From an uncultured Gemmatimonadales bacterium (GTDB lineage Bacteria; Gemmatimonadota; Gemmatimonadetes; Gemmatimonadales; GWC2-71-9): 64,000 nucleotides of DNA. Each line of letters starts with the position of its first letter. Positions within the stretch are counted from its first letter, which is position 1. Of this stretch, positions 38,601 through 47,627 are shown one piece after another. The DNA is taken from NCBI GenBank assembly GCA_963771275.1, contig CAVYSW010000006.1, positions 96,001 through 160,000 on the forward strand, read 5' to 3'. The notes below the pieces were generated by a model. The model was not told where the DNA came from, did no database searches, and worked only from the letters and a program-made list of their open reading frames with translations. The position numbers and the translations under genes were made by a program.

Positions 38601-38807
38601 GGTCTCCTCGATGACGAGCCGCGCCTGGCATATGCTGGGGTACTGATAGCCCGGAGGAATCGTCTCGAGGATGCCGCGGAAGATCTCGTCGGGCGTGGCG
38701 TCCGGCTGGTTGATCCGCTCGTCCACCTGATAGAGGCAGTTGAGCTCTTTGGCGCGCTCCTGGAGCGCCTCGAGAATCTTGTCGATCGGCTGGTGCGGAT
38801 GACTCAT
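35619..38807 (-). CDS. PPDK_N (PEP/pyruvate-binding ATP-grasp) protein with N-terminal sensor-like domain and C-terminal nucleotidyltransferase
   Basis: LQERAKELNCLY; LGGKSAGL, VRSSSLLED, FSGKY, GLGTRAV, DVEFA, LLQCRP, GPGRWGS, SFGTHFF; IGSTKNATCGAGSDIDL. Confidence 0.85.
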   Translation of the reverse strand: MSHPHQPIDKILEALQERAKELNCLYQVDERINQPDATPDEIFRGILETIPPGYQYPSICQARLVIEETVYEPPGFQETPWVQTADISVQGRTLGRVEVYYTRVMPRSDEGPFLKEERKLIDTVAERIGQYLVQRRLQGAIREWQAASRDMTATEEEPDWWVIIDFLRHTDRHLLIRLARKMLNHLCWNGVEEAQELLQRFAPDLDAAERIPFEDNRPVEKKSLQDLLDIADATFRIAAAQLDVDEILSRIQKWIKDDKSSFLLEALERPATTLTDLAEAIQRFRFVGVDEADLTRPVQTALRVGLVRRFFSDELGFMNTAKNYIQVSDFFDLTQRIICPARGHGKLGGKSAGLILAAKIVQRSPAYADVLADIRVPKTWYITSDGVLDFIQDNHLEDVYDRKYLELEQIRREYPHIVQVFKNSHFSTEIAKGLALVLDDMDDRPLIVRSSSLLEDRMGAAFSGKYKSLFLANLGTRKERLTALQDAIAEVYASIFAPDPIEYRAERGMLDLHEEMGIMIQEVVGTRVGDHFLPAFSGVAFSNNEFRWSARIRRDDGLLRLVPGLGTRAVDRLGDDYPVLIAPGQPGLRVNVSPDEVLRYSPTMVDAINLETRSFESVNFRELLKDCGSAFPQIGDIVSIVEDGTIRRPLGMQVDFEKDDVVVTFDGLVTRTPFVMQMRALLKLLQDKLAVPVDVEFAHDGAHLYLLQCRPQSYATEATPALIPADLPRDRVLFTANRYVSNGRVPEITHIVYVDPAAYKELEDLAALREVGRVVGKLNKQLPKRRFILMGPGRWGSRGDIKLGVSVTYSEINNAAMLVEIARKEGNYMPDLSFGTHFFQDLVEASIRYLPLYPDEPDNVFNEDFLLHSPNVLPELLPEHARLAGTVRVIDVPQASGGLVLRVLMNGDQDRAVALLAAPAALSEVSQDRRREHEAREFHWRWRLHMGERVAAQLDPERFGVRAMYLIGSTKNATCGAGSDIDLLVHYDGAEAHHRALTAWFEGWSLSLAELNFLRTGVKTAGLLDVHYITDDDVQRKSSFAAKVGAVTDAARPLAMKGARAL

Positions 38808-38872
38808 ATCACGCTCCGGATCTCCCGCTGGGCGCGCCCAGCGCCTCGATGGCCGAGTGAGCGTCCGCCAGA

Positions 38873-40615
38873 CTATGCACGCACCACACCTCTCCCCGTG
38901 CGACCATCCACTTTCACCACCAGGGGCGCGTCGAGCCGCACGTGCCGCACGAAGTCGGTTTCCGCCACCGCCCGCTGCCGCGCGAGCCAGTCCCAATCGA
39001 GCCGATCGGGGCCGTCGTGGCGCACGCAGAAGTAGCTCACCTGGAAGCTCGAGATGTTGTGGAAGAAATGCGAGCCCTGGCTCAGGTCCACGTTCATCGC
39101 GGGCAGCGTCGCCTCGACGATCGCCTTGGCACCCCCGATTTGCCCCCACGCCACGGGGATGCCGAGCGACGGATCGGAGCTGCCCCACCGTCCGAAGCCG
39201 ATGAGCAGGTAGGGGCGCCGCCCGTCCACCAGGGCGTCGTTCCGCGCGGCGACGTCGAGCGCGACGAGCCGGCTCGCCTTCGGCTCGAACCGCTCGGGCC
39301 GCACGTAGACGATGTCGTGGATGCCCTGCACTACCCCGTTGCCCATCACGTTGCCGGACGCCAGCACCAGCCCCTCGGGGCGGAGGTCATCGTCGGTCAG
39401 CTCGATGAACTCGTGCGACACGACCAGCGGGCGGACCTGGAGGAATCCGAATCGACTGACGGGCTCCGCCTCATCCCCGATCGTGATCGCGAACTCGATC
39501 TCGACCTTCTCGCCGAGCGCCCGCTCACTGTCCGCCAGCAGCCGACGCACGACCGCATTGAGTGGCGCCACCTCGTGCACGAGGAGCGGCGCGAACGTCA
39601 CGACCCGGGGCCCCGGGCGCCCGGTGCCGGGCGTGAGCCGGTCCGACGCCGGATCGTAGGTCGACGCGACATGATGCAGTGTCCCGTCCTGCTCGGCGTT
39701 GGCGAGGCCGGCCTGCAACAGGTACTCGGTCTCGCGAATCGGATCGTAGGCGGGGGGCTTTCCCATGTTGACCGCCCAGAATTCGGACTGGGTCTGGGCC
39801 AGCGTCTCCGCCGCCGACGCGAAGGGCGGCGCCGTCCTGGGCCAGGCCGGCGAGTAGCTCCAGACCAGCCCCCCGTCGACGATCGTCTTGCCGAGGCCGA
39901 GCGCCAGGTTCACGACACCGTCCTCGGGCTGCGCGTGGCCGGAGCGGTAGAAGTTGTACGAGCGGGCGACGCCGGAGACGTCGGGATAGAACCGGTCGCC
40001 GTGGCGCCGACCGACGACTTCCTGGATCAGGACGGCCATCTTCTCGTCCTCGATCCGGTGGTCCGTCATCCGGACGTAGCGCCGCGCGTTGGCGAAGAAG
40101 GTCGAGGCGTAGACGTACTTGACCGCCTCCACCAGCTGGCGGAACCGCGCATCCGGCTCCAGCTGGTTGTTGGGGATCATCTTGGTGCCGTAGACCCCGG
40201 CGAACGGGCGGTACAGCGCATCCTCGAGCAGGCTGGACGAGCGCACCGCGAGCGGCTGGTGCACCTGCTGCACGAGCGCCCGCAGGTCGCCAAGCAGCTC
40301 GGTGGGAAGGTCGGCCCGCTGGAACGCGCCGGCGATGCGGTCGTCGGGGAGGCTCTCGGCGACCACGTCCCGGAGCCGATTGCGCTCCATGAACGCGTCG
40401 AACAGGTCGGTGGCGACGACCGTGAGGGTGGGGATCTCGACGGCACACCCGGGGAACGTGCCCGGCTCAAGGCTCGCGAGGAGCAGCTGGTGGATGCGGA
40501 GGAGACCTGCAGCCTTGCCGCCGACCGCGCCACGCCCGATGCGGGTGAACCGCTCCTTGCCGTCGAAGAACTGACGGTCGAACTGCGGAACGTCCGGAAC
40601 GGGCGGGCCGTTCAC
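38873..40615 (-). CDS. PPDK_N dikinase-like protein
   Basis: VGGKAAGL, AVRSSSLLED, FAGVY, GLGKTIV, EIEFA, FLQVRP, GFGRWGS, SQGSHFF. Confidence 0.85.
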   Translation of the reverse strand: MNGPPVPDVPQFDRQFFDGKERFTRIGRGAVGGKAAGLLRIHQLLLASLEPGTFPGCAVEIPTLTVVATDLFDAFMERNRLRDVVAESLPDDRIAGAFQRADLPTELLGDLRALVQQVHQPLAVRSSSLLEDALYRPFAGVYGTKMIPNNQLEPDARFRQLVEAVKYVYASTFFANARRYVRMTDHRIEDEKMAVLIQEVVGRRHGDRFYPDVSGVARSYNFYRSGHAQPEDGVVNLALGLGKTIVDGGLVWSYSPAWPRTAPPFASAAETLAQTQSEFWAVNMGKPPAYDPIRETEYLLQAGLANAEQDGTLHHVASTYDPASDRLTPGTGRPGPRVVTFAPLLVHEVAPLNAVVRRLLADSERALGEKVEIEFAITIGDEAEPVSRFGFLQVRPLVVSHEFIELTDDDLRPEGLVLASGNVMGNGVVQGIHDIVYVRPERFEPKASRLVALDVAARNDALVDGRRPYLLIGFGRWGSSDPSLGIPVAWGQIGGAKAIVEATLPAMNVDLSQGSHFFHNISSFQVSYFCVRHDGPDRLDWDWLARQRAVAETDFVRHVRLDAPLVVKVDGRTGRGVVRA

Positions 40616-40622
40616 GTGCCCA

Positions 40623-41909
40623 TCAGACCCAGCCGCGATCGCGACAGGCCTGGGCCACGCGGCTCACCCCGATCACATACGCGGCGTCGCGCATGTACAG
40701 CTTCCGCTTGCGCGCGAGCTCGCTCACGGCGACGTAGGCCGACGTCATCTTGACGTCGAGCTTGCCCAGCACCTCGTCCTTCTGCCAGAAGTAGTTCGCA
40801 TTGGACTGTACCTGCTCGAAATAGCTGCAGGTGACGCCGCCGGCATTGGCCAGGAAATCGGGGATGATGAAGATGCCTCGCTGCTGGATCACCGCGTCCG
40901 CCTCGGGGGTCGTGGGTCCGTTGGCGCCCTCGGCGATGAGGCGGACGCGCTGGTGGATCTTCCCGACGTTCTCCGCGGTGATCTGGTTCTCGATCGCGTT
41001 GGGCATCAGGATGTCCACGTCCTGCTCGAGCCAGGCGTCACCGGGCAGGACCTCATAGCCCAGGTCCGCGGCCTTCTTCTTGTCGATACCGCCGAACCGA
41101 TCGGTGATGCCGAGTAGCGCATCGAGGTCGATACCGTCCTTCTTCCGGTAGGCGTACGACGCCTGATCGGTCTGGTCCCAGCAGGAGACGCACACCACTT
41201 TGCCGCCGATCTGGTCGTACAGCCTGATGGCGTACTGGGCCACGTTGCCGAAGCCCTGTACGCTCGCCGTGGTGTCTGCCGGTCGCAGCCCCAGCTCCTT
41301 GAGCGCCTCGCGCACCGCGAACACCACGCCAAACCCGGTCGCCTCGGCCCGACCGAGCGATCCGCCCAGGTTCACCGGCTTGCCCGTGATGAACCCCGGG
41401 TAGCGGCCGCCGTGGATCGTCTCGAACTCGTCGAGCATCCAGACCATGTGCTGGGCTGAGGTCATGACATCGGGCGCCGGGATGTCGCGCACCGGCCCCA
41501 TGTCCCGGGCGATCTGGCGCACCCAGCCGCGGCAGATCTGCTCCTGCTCCCGCATGCTGAGGTTGTGAGGGTCGCAGATCACGCCGCCCTTGCCGCCGCC
41601 CAGCGGGATGTCCACCACGGCGCATTTCCAGGACATCCACATGGCCAGCGCGCGGACGGTGTCGATCGTCTCCTGGGGGTGGAACCGGATGCCACCCTTG
41701 CTGGGGCCACGGGCGTCGTTGTGCTGCACGCGGAATCCGCGGAACACGCGGATGCGCCCGTCGTCCATGTGCACCGGAATCGCGAACTGGTACTCCCGGA
41801 CCGGGTAGCGGAGCAGGTCCCGGGTGGCCTGGTCCAGGCCCAGGATCTCCGCCACGTGGTCGAACTGCGTCTGCGCCATCTCAAACGAATTGAAGGCCTT
41901 TCCAGCCAT
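40623..41909 (-). CDS. gdhA: Glu/Leu/Phe/Val dehydrogenase (glutamate dehydrogenase)
   Basis: RGPSKGGIRF, GGGKGG, DIPAPD, TGKP..GGS.GR, QGFGNV, EGANGP, PDFLANAGGV. Confidence 0.93.
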   Translation of the reverse strand: MAGKAFNSFEMAQTQFDHVAEILGLDQATRDLLRYPVREYQFAIPVHMDDGRIRVFRGFRVQHNDARGPSKGGIRFHPQETIDTVRALAMWMSWKCAVVDIPLGGGKGGVICDPHNLSMREQEQICRGWVRQIARDMGPVRDIPAPDVMTSAQHMVWMLDEFETIHGGRYPGFITGKPVNLGGSLGRAEATGFGVVFAVREALKELGLRPADTTASVQGFGNVAQYAIRLYDQIGGKVVCVSCWDQTDQASYAYRKKDGIDLDALLGITDRFGGIDKKKAADLGYEVLPGDAWLEQDVDILMPNAIENQITAENVGKIHQRVRLIAEGANGPTTPEADAVIQQRGIFIIPDFLANAGGVTCSYFEQVQSNANYFWQKDEVLGKLDVKMTSAYVAVSELARKRKLYMRDAAYVIGVSRVAQACRDRGWV

Positions 41910-42046
41910 ATATGACCTCTCTCGGCCGTCGCCGGCGCGAACGGTACCGCAGGTGGACGCAAGTCCATCAACGACAAGCTATAAATACATCTCCGCAGGG
42001 TGTTATGCGATCATGAAGCCGGTGTGAAAAAGATGGCCGGGGGGCA

Positions 42047-42082
42047 CAAAACGGAAGCCCCGGGGAGGAATCCCCGGGGCTC
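42047..42082 (-). terminator. Intrinsic terminator of the peptidase gene
   Basis: Minus strand GAGCCCCGGGGA-TTCC-TCCCCGGGGCTT-CCGTTTT. Confidence 0.75.
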
Positions 42083-42115
42083 GGGCAGGCGTTCCGGAGC
42101 AGACCGGCAGGGCTG

Positions 42116-44260
42116 CTAGGGTCGGTGGATGCCCACCACCCGACCCGCTTGATCAACCCGCAGGATCGGCAGCCGGAGAATGTCATCCTTCATCTCGATC
42201 ACGCGACCCCCGCCGATCCCCTGCAGGGCCGGCGGCACGGGCCACGCGTACGAATCGGCATCCGAGTAGTTCACCAGGTAGTTCATGTCCCAGAACGACG
42301 CCAGCGTGACGATGCTCAGGGGATTCGTACCGGGGTTCAGGTACCCCGTCATGAGCTCCTGATCGAGTACCGATTCGCGCCAATGGCCGTTGACGGTCCC
42401 GGCCCCACATGGGCCGGGCGCGCCCACGCAGTTCTCGGCGGGGACCTTCGCCCCGGCGACATAGCTCGAGCCCCCGACCTGATCGAACGCCGCCAACGCG
42501 TGGGTACCGATGAAATGCGGATCGGTGATGCAATTGGTCGGGGACGGGCAAGGCCCCGCCAACAGGCTGAAGGGCGGGTTGTTCCACAGGGTGCCATAGC
42601 CAAGCACATGCCCCATTTCATGGAGAATCACGAGGCTCAACTGGCCGCTCGACTCCAGGTCCGCGAGGTCGGCCTTGTCGAAGTGCATGACGCCGAGGAC
42701 GGTGAGGCCCGAGCTGCTGCGAATGCGGCAAGGACCCGCTTGCCCCAGGACGTTGCCCGCGCCGTCGATCGAGTCGACCTTGGCGAAGATCAGGACGTCA
42801 TCCACGGTTTCATTGATCGCGGGAAGGTCCGGGAAGTCCGTCCCGCACGCAGTGCCGGCGCCGAGGTTCACGGGGATGTCCGTGAGATCGCCGAAGATCA
42901 GCGTCTGCCATTTTGCCTGGGCCGCGGCAAACGCCGCCTGCTGATTCGCCGTGGGCTGCTGCGTGCCGAAGTAGCGAATCACGATGTTGAACGCCGCGCT
43001 CTGCCCGGTGGCCGCGAAGCTCACCGGCGTCAGGGCGCCCGACGACGCCTGGACCGTGTTCGATCCGCCCCCGATCGTCCACCCGACCGACGCCAGGCCA
43101 TTCGCGTCCGTCACGGCGCTTGCGGCGGTGAGGCTGCCGCCCCCGCTGGTCACGGCGAAGTCCACCGTGACGCCCTGGACGCCGGCGCCGATCTGATCCG
43201 CCACCTTCACGGTGGGCGGCAGGTTCACGGGCTTCGCTTCGAGGCCGGTGAGGTTGTCACCCTGGACCTTGACCAGACTCGTGACGACTTGTGACGCCGC
43301 CGTTGCCGAGAACGTCGCGGGGGAGCCCCCGCTCAGACCCGCCGCCGTGGCGGTGAGGGTCTGCGCGCCCGTGGAGGCGCCCAGCGTCCATTCGACGGCC
43401 GCTCGCCCGGTGGCGTCCGTCGTCACGGTTGCCGGGCTGACGGTGCCCCCACCAGTCGCCGCCGCGAACGCCACCTGATATCCGCCGGCGAACGCGTTCC
43501 CATAGGCGTCGGTGACGCGCACGACGACCGACTCCGGGAGCGCCTGACTGGAGGTCCCGAGCTGGTTGTCTCCCGACACTTTCGCAAGGGAGTCCGCCAC
43601 GTCAGCCGTGGCCGTGGCCGTGAACTGAGCCGAGCGGTCGCCCCCGTGACGGTCGCCGTCACTCGATGCGCGGTCCCCGACACCGTCCCGAGCGTGAATT
43701 GGGTCGTCGCGCGCCCGGTAGCTCCGATCGGCACCGACGCCTGCGTCACACTCCCGTTTCCCTGCGTCACCGCGAACCCGATGCTACCGCTGGCGACCGA
43801 GCCCGGCACCACGTTCCCTTGGCTGTCCTGTGCTTCAACCTCGAGCGCGGTCCCGAGCTGTGTTCCCACCGTACCGGTCTGCGCGTCCCCGCCCGTCTTG
43901 GCGAGCTGCGCCACCACCTGCGCGACCGTCACGCTGGCGTTCGCGCTGTGCGTGCCCGACGTGGCGGTGACTTGCGTCTGTCCGTTCGCGACGGCGGTCA
44001 CCATCCCATTCGTCGTGCCCACCGTCGCGATGGCCGGATTCGCGCTGTTCCACGTGACCGTCTGGCCGGTCATGGCCTGTCCGCTCTGGTCCTTGACCGT
44101 CGCCGTGATCGTCTGGCTCGCGCCCAAGCGCGTTCAGGGTGACCGCGGTGGCACTCAGCGAGATGGACGTGGGGACCGGAACCGGCGGGCCGCTTTCGCC
44201 GCAGGCGGCAAGCGCCATGGCGGCGGCCGCGAGCAGGGCGGTCGAACGAGAGTGGTGCAT
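42116..44260 (-). CDS. Ig-like (Big) repeat lipoprotein with leishmanolysin-like zinc peptidase; frameshifts near 44125 and 43635
   Basis: Lipobox LAAC; Big domains; HEMGH and HWRES..ELMTG; three ORFs join by single-base shifts. Confidence 0.8.
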
Positions 44261-44360
44261 CGAGATTCCTGGTGAGGGGCTGGCGCCAAAGTAGGAGAAC
44301 CCCGACCGGAGAGCAAGGACGATAGCCGACAGCCGAGGGCCGACGGGACCGGAGCCCGAT

Positions 44361-44376
44361 TGTGACACAGCTCACC
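44361..44376. promoter_or_regulatory. Candidate CRP-type box
   Basis: TGTGA-CACAGC-TCACC (9/10 match to consensus), ~100 bp upstream of the peptidase start. Confidence 0.4.
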
Positions 44377-44406
44377 GACGCAACCCGCCGGCTTTCAAAG
44401 CCCTGG

Positions 44407-44448
44407 TCGGCTCTCGGCTCTCGGCTCTCGGCTCTCGGCCATCGGTCC
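44407..44448. repeat. Heptamer tandem repeat (TCGGCTC)x4 plus 2 degenerate units
   Basis: Read directly; inverted degenerate copies at 44324-44344. Confidence 0.85.
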
Positions 44449-44453
44449 TTCGG

Positions 44454-46781
44454 CTACCGCTTCAGCGTCTCCTCGAACAGTGTGAGGATCCGCTTGTACT
44501 CGTCGCGCCAGCTCGAGACCTCCGTGAACCCGTGGCGCTCGACCGGATAGAACGCGACCTGCCAGTTCTCCTTCCCCAGCTCGATGAGCCGCTGGGCGAG
44601 GCGCGCGGTGTCGTAGAACAGCACGTTGTCGTCCACCAGCCCGTGGCAGATCAGCAGGCGTCCCTGCAACCCCTCGGCGTGGAAGATCGGCGAGGAGACG
44701 CGGTAGGCGACGGAGTCGTCCTGTGGATCGTTGAGGATCGCGGACGTGTAGCCGTCGTTGTAATACGCCCAGTCGGTGACCGGCCGGAGCGCCGCGCCCG
44801 CCTTGAAGACGCCCGGGGCGGTGAACATCGCCATCAGCGTCATGAACCCGCCGTAGCTCCCACCGAAGATGCCGATGCGGGCGGAGTCCACCCCCATCTC
44901 CCGCACGAGCCACCTGGCACCGTCCACCTGATCGTCCAGATCCTTGCCGCCCATGTGGCGGTAGATCGCCACCCGCCAGTCGCGGCCGTGCCCCGCGCTG
45001 CCGCGGTAGTCGATGTCGAGCACGGTGTAGCCCTTCGACGCGAGCAGGTGGTCGAACATGTACTCGCGGTAGTAGCTGGACCACCAGTTGTGCACGTTCT
45101 GCGCGTAGCCCGCGCCATGCACGAACACCACCGCCGGTCGCTGTGCCGCCGGGGCGATGTTGGCCGTCGGCCGGTACAGCCGGGCCGGAACCCGCACACC
45201 GTCACGGCCCGGGATCATCACGATCTCGGGCTTGATCCACGGTCCCTTGCGCCACTCCTCGGTCGTGCTCTCGGTGATCTGGCGCATCAGCCGCCCGGCC
45301 CGGTTCTCCTGCACGTACAGCTCGGGCGGGTGGTTGGACACCGAGTGGCTGATAGCGAGCCACTTGCCGTCGGGCGAGACGTCGGCATCCTGCCGGCCCA
45401 CCGGGTCGGTCACCCTGGTGATGGCCCCGCCCCGGGCGGGCACGGTGTAGAGGTGCACCTCGGCGAAGCTCTCCTTGTTGGCAGTGAGGTACCACGTGCT
45501 CCCGTCCGGCGAGAGGTCGGCGCCGAGCACTTCCCACTGGCCGCTGGTGACGGGCGTGGCGTCGCCGCCGCGTGCGGGCACCGTGTAGAGGTGCGCCCAG
45601 CCCGAGCGCTCCGAGCCGAACCACACGGTCTCGCCATCCTCGAGGAACCCGCCCTGGCTGGGGATCGCCGGCCCCGGAAAACCGATCCAAGCGCTGTCGT
45701 GGTCCTGGGCGACGGTCCGCTCGGCCAGCGTGGGGAGATCCACCACCACCCAGTAGCGGTACTCGTCGTCCCGCGTCTCGACCCGAAGCAACGCGTGGGT
45801 GGACGTGGCCGATACGGCGACGCCCGCCACGCTCTTCTCCTTGCCGCCCACACTGTCCCCTACGAACGTCACCTTGCCGGTCGCGACCTCGAGCATGGCG
45901 GCGCGGCTCGTCGCTTGCGCGTCACCGACGTACGTGCGTCCGGTGTTGGTACCGATGTAGCCATCCGCGGTGATCCACAGCGGCATCTGCACGCGCTTGG
46001 CGTCGCGCGGCTGCTCCACCACGGTGAGCAGCACGAACTTGCCGTCGGGCGAGACCCGCAACCCCGCGACGTTGCGGTTCTCCCCCGGATAGAACGGCTG
46101 CGGTCGCGTGGAGTCCTCCGGCGGACTCGTGTTCCACGGCTGCTCCTTGTAGCGGCCGCTGCGGATGAAGTCGAACAGCTCCTTCTGCTCGTTCGCGATG
46201 ACCTTGCGCTGGCCCCCGGGCTCCCGCTCAGGGGGGGCGGTGCCCCGGCGGATGTCGGTGAGCTGGCGGCTCTCCGCCGTCTCGATGTTCAGCGCGAACG
46301 CGTTGCCGCCCCGCTGGAAGTACAGCGTCTTCCCGTCGGCGGACCACTGCGGGCTCGACTCCCGCTCCTGCGTGTCGGTGAGACGGCGCACGCCCTTCGC
46401 CGTCCAGAGCACGAGATCACCACGCAGCGGGAAGACGGCCCGCGTGCGGTCGGGCGACCACTCGGCGGCGCCGGCGAGGATCGTGTCGGGGTCGGCCTTC
46501 TCGAACCGCTCGGGCGCCCCGCCGGCGGGCGCGATGCGGTAGACCACGAGACTGGTGTCCACCCCGGGCTGCTGCCAGCGGAACCAGAGGTACTTCGCAT
46601 CCGGGCTCCAGCTGAACCCGCCGCCCCCGAACCCGCCGCGCAGGCCCTGCGGGGACCGGCCCACGAGCTCCGGACCCCGCATGATGTTGTCGACGGTGAG
46701 CTGGAAGTCCTGGGCCGGCGCGCGCCCCGCGCCGACCACCACCAAGAGAGCGACCACCGGGCCGATGACGCGTGCGTGCAT
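44454..46781 (-). CDS. S9 family (DPP IV-like) peptidase
   Basis: PD40/beta-propeller repeats; HGAGY, GGSYGG, DDNV, HGF; signal peptide. Confidence 0.92.
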   Translation of the reverse strand: MHARVIGPVVALLVVVGAGRAPAQDFQLTVDNIMRGPELVGRSPQGLRGGFGGGGFSWSPDAKYLWFRWQQPGVDTSLVVYRIAPAGGAPERFEKADPDTILAGAAEWSPDRTRAVFPLRGDLVLWTAKGVRRLTDTQERESSPQWSADGKTLYFQRGGNAFALNIETAESRQLTDIRRGTAPPEREPGGQRKVIANEQKELFDFIRSGRYKEQPWNTSPPEDSTRPQPFYPGENRNVAGLRVSPDGKFVLLTVVEQPRDAKRVQMPLWITADGYIGTNTGRTYVGDAQATSRAAMLEVATGKVTFVGDSVGGKEKSVAGVAVSATSTHALLRVETRDDEYRYWVVVDLPTLAERTVAQDHDSAWIGFPGPAIPSQGGFLEDGETVWFGSERSGWAHLYTVPARGGDATPVTSGQWEVLGADLSPDGSTWYLTANKESFAEVHLYTVPARGGAITRVTDPVGRQDADVSPDGKWLAISHSVSNHPPELYVQENRAGRLMRQITESTTEEWRKGPWIKPEIVMIPGRDGVRVPARLYRPTANIAPAAQRPAVVFVHGAGYAQNVHNWWSSYYREYMFDHLLASKGYTVLDIDYRGSAGHGRDWRVAIYRHMGGKDLDDQVDGARWLVREMGVDSARIGIFGGSYGGFMTLMAMFTAPGVFKAGAALRPVTDWAYYNDGYTSAILNDPQDDSVAYRVSSPIFHAEGLQGRLLICHGLVDDNVLFYDTARLAQRLIELGKENWQVAFYPVERHGFTEVSSWRDEYKRILTLFEETLKR

Positions 46782-46835
46782 GCGTGTCTCCAGCGGGAGG
46801 ATTCGTCTGGGAACGTCCGTGCGGCGACGTGTGAT

Positions 46836-47546
46836 TCAGAATTTCACGGCGTGAACGATCACCCCGCTCGCCGTCCCGAGCAATGCCCCAGCCAGCACAT
46901 CGGAGGGAAAGTGCTTGCCGGCGGTGACGCGCATCACGCCGACGCCGGCTGCGGCCACGAAACCGAGCCAGCCCGGCGCGCCCGGGCGTCCCGTCAGGTC
47001 CCGGCGGGCGAGCCAGTACGTTGTGGCGAGCGCGAACGCCATGCTGACGTGCCCCGAGGGAAACGAGCGCAGGTTGTCGCCGTTGCCCGCGGCGGCGACG
47101 GCACCGTCCGTGTACAGGACCGGCCGCGTCCGTCCCACCGCCGCCTTGAGCATCTCGGTCGCCCCTTCGGCCCACAGGCCCGCCTGCACGGCCGCCACCA
47201 GGTACGGGGTCCCCCGCTCGCGCCGTCCCAGATCCACCGCCACGGCGGCACCGAGGCCCAGCAGCGCGACGCTGCTGGCGGTGTTCCAGGTGGGGATCGC
47301 ATCGTGCACCGCCCAGCGGTCGAACCCCGGCAGATCCGCCCGATTGCATGGCGCGCAGGGCGCACTGTCGGGACCCCAGCCGAACAGCCGGGGCGCGACC
47401 GCGAGGCCCGCCGCGACGCCGCCCGAGATGATGTCGCCGGGGCGAACGGCCGGCAGTCTGGCCGCCTGGGCCGTCAGCAGCTCCGGGAGGGCTAAAGCGC
47501 CCACCAGCAGCAAGATGCGCGATCGCGTCGAGGGCTTGTTTCCCAT
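46836..47546 (-). CDS. PAP2 family phosphatase
   Basis: KAAVGRTRP, SFPSGH, RVTAGKHFPSD. Confidence 0.88.
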   Translation of the reverse strand: MGNKPSTRSRILLLVGALALPELLTAQAARLPAVRPGDIISGGVAAGLAVAPRLFGWGPDSAPCAPCNRADLPGFDRWAVHDAIPTWNTASSVALLGLGAAVAVDLGRRERGTPYLVAAVQAGLWAEGATEMLKAAVGRTRPVLYTDGAVAAAGNGDNLRSFPSGHVSMAFALATTYWLARRDLTGRPGAPGWLGFVAAAGVGVMRVTAGKHFPSDVLAGALLGTASGVIVHAVKF

Positions 47547-47627
47547 CCAGGTCAACGGTACTATGCTTGGCTGATTGGGTGCCGGCGCGGCTGCCGGAGA
47601 CGTGGCTCCTGGCCGAAGCGAGGGACC

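Noticed and set aside
44407..44448. CRISPR array
   Set aside because: Contiguous 7-bp units with no spacers; no cas genes or 25-45-bp spaced repeats were seen in the window.
44532..47495. Long plus-strand ORF, and similar ones at 58-1065, 12463-14322, 38942-40753 and 55441-58350
   Set aside because: Antisense shadows of well-supported genes; Arg/Gly/His-rich and without motifs.
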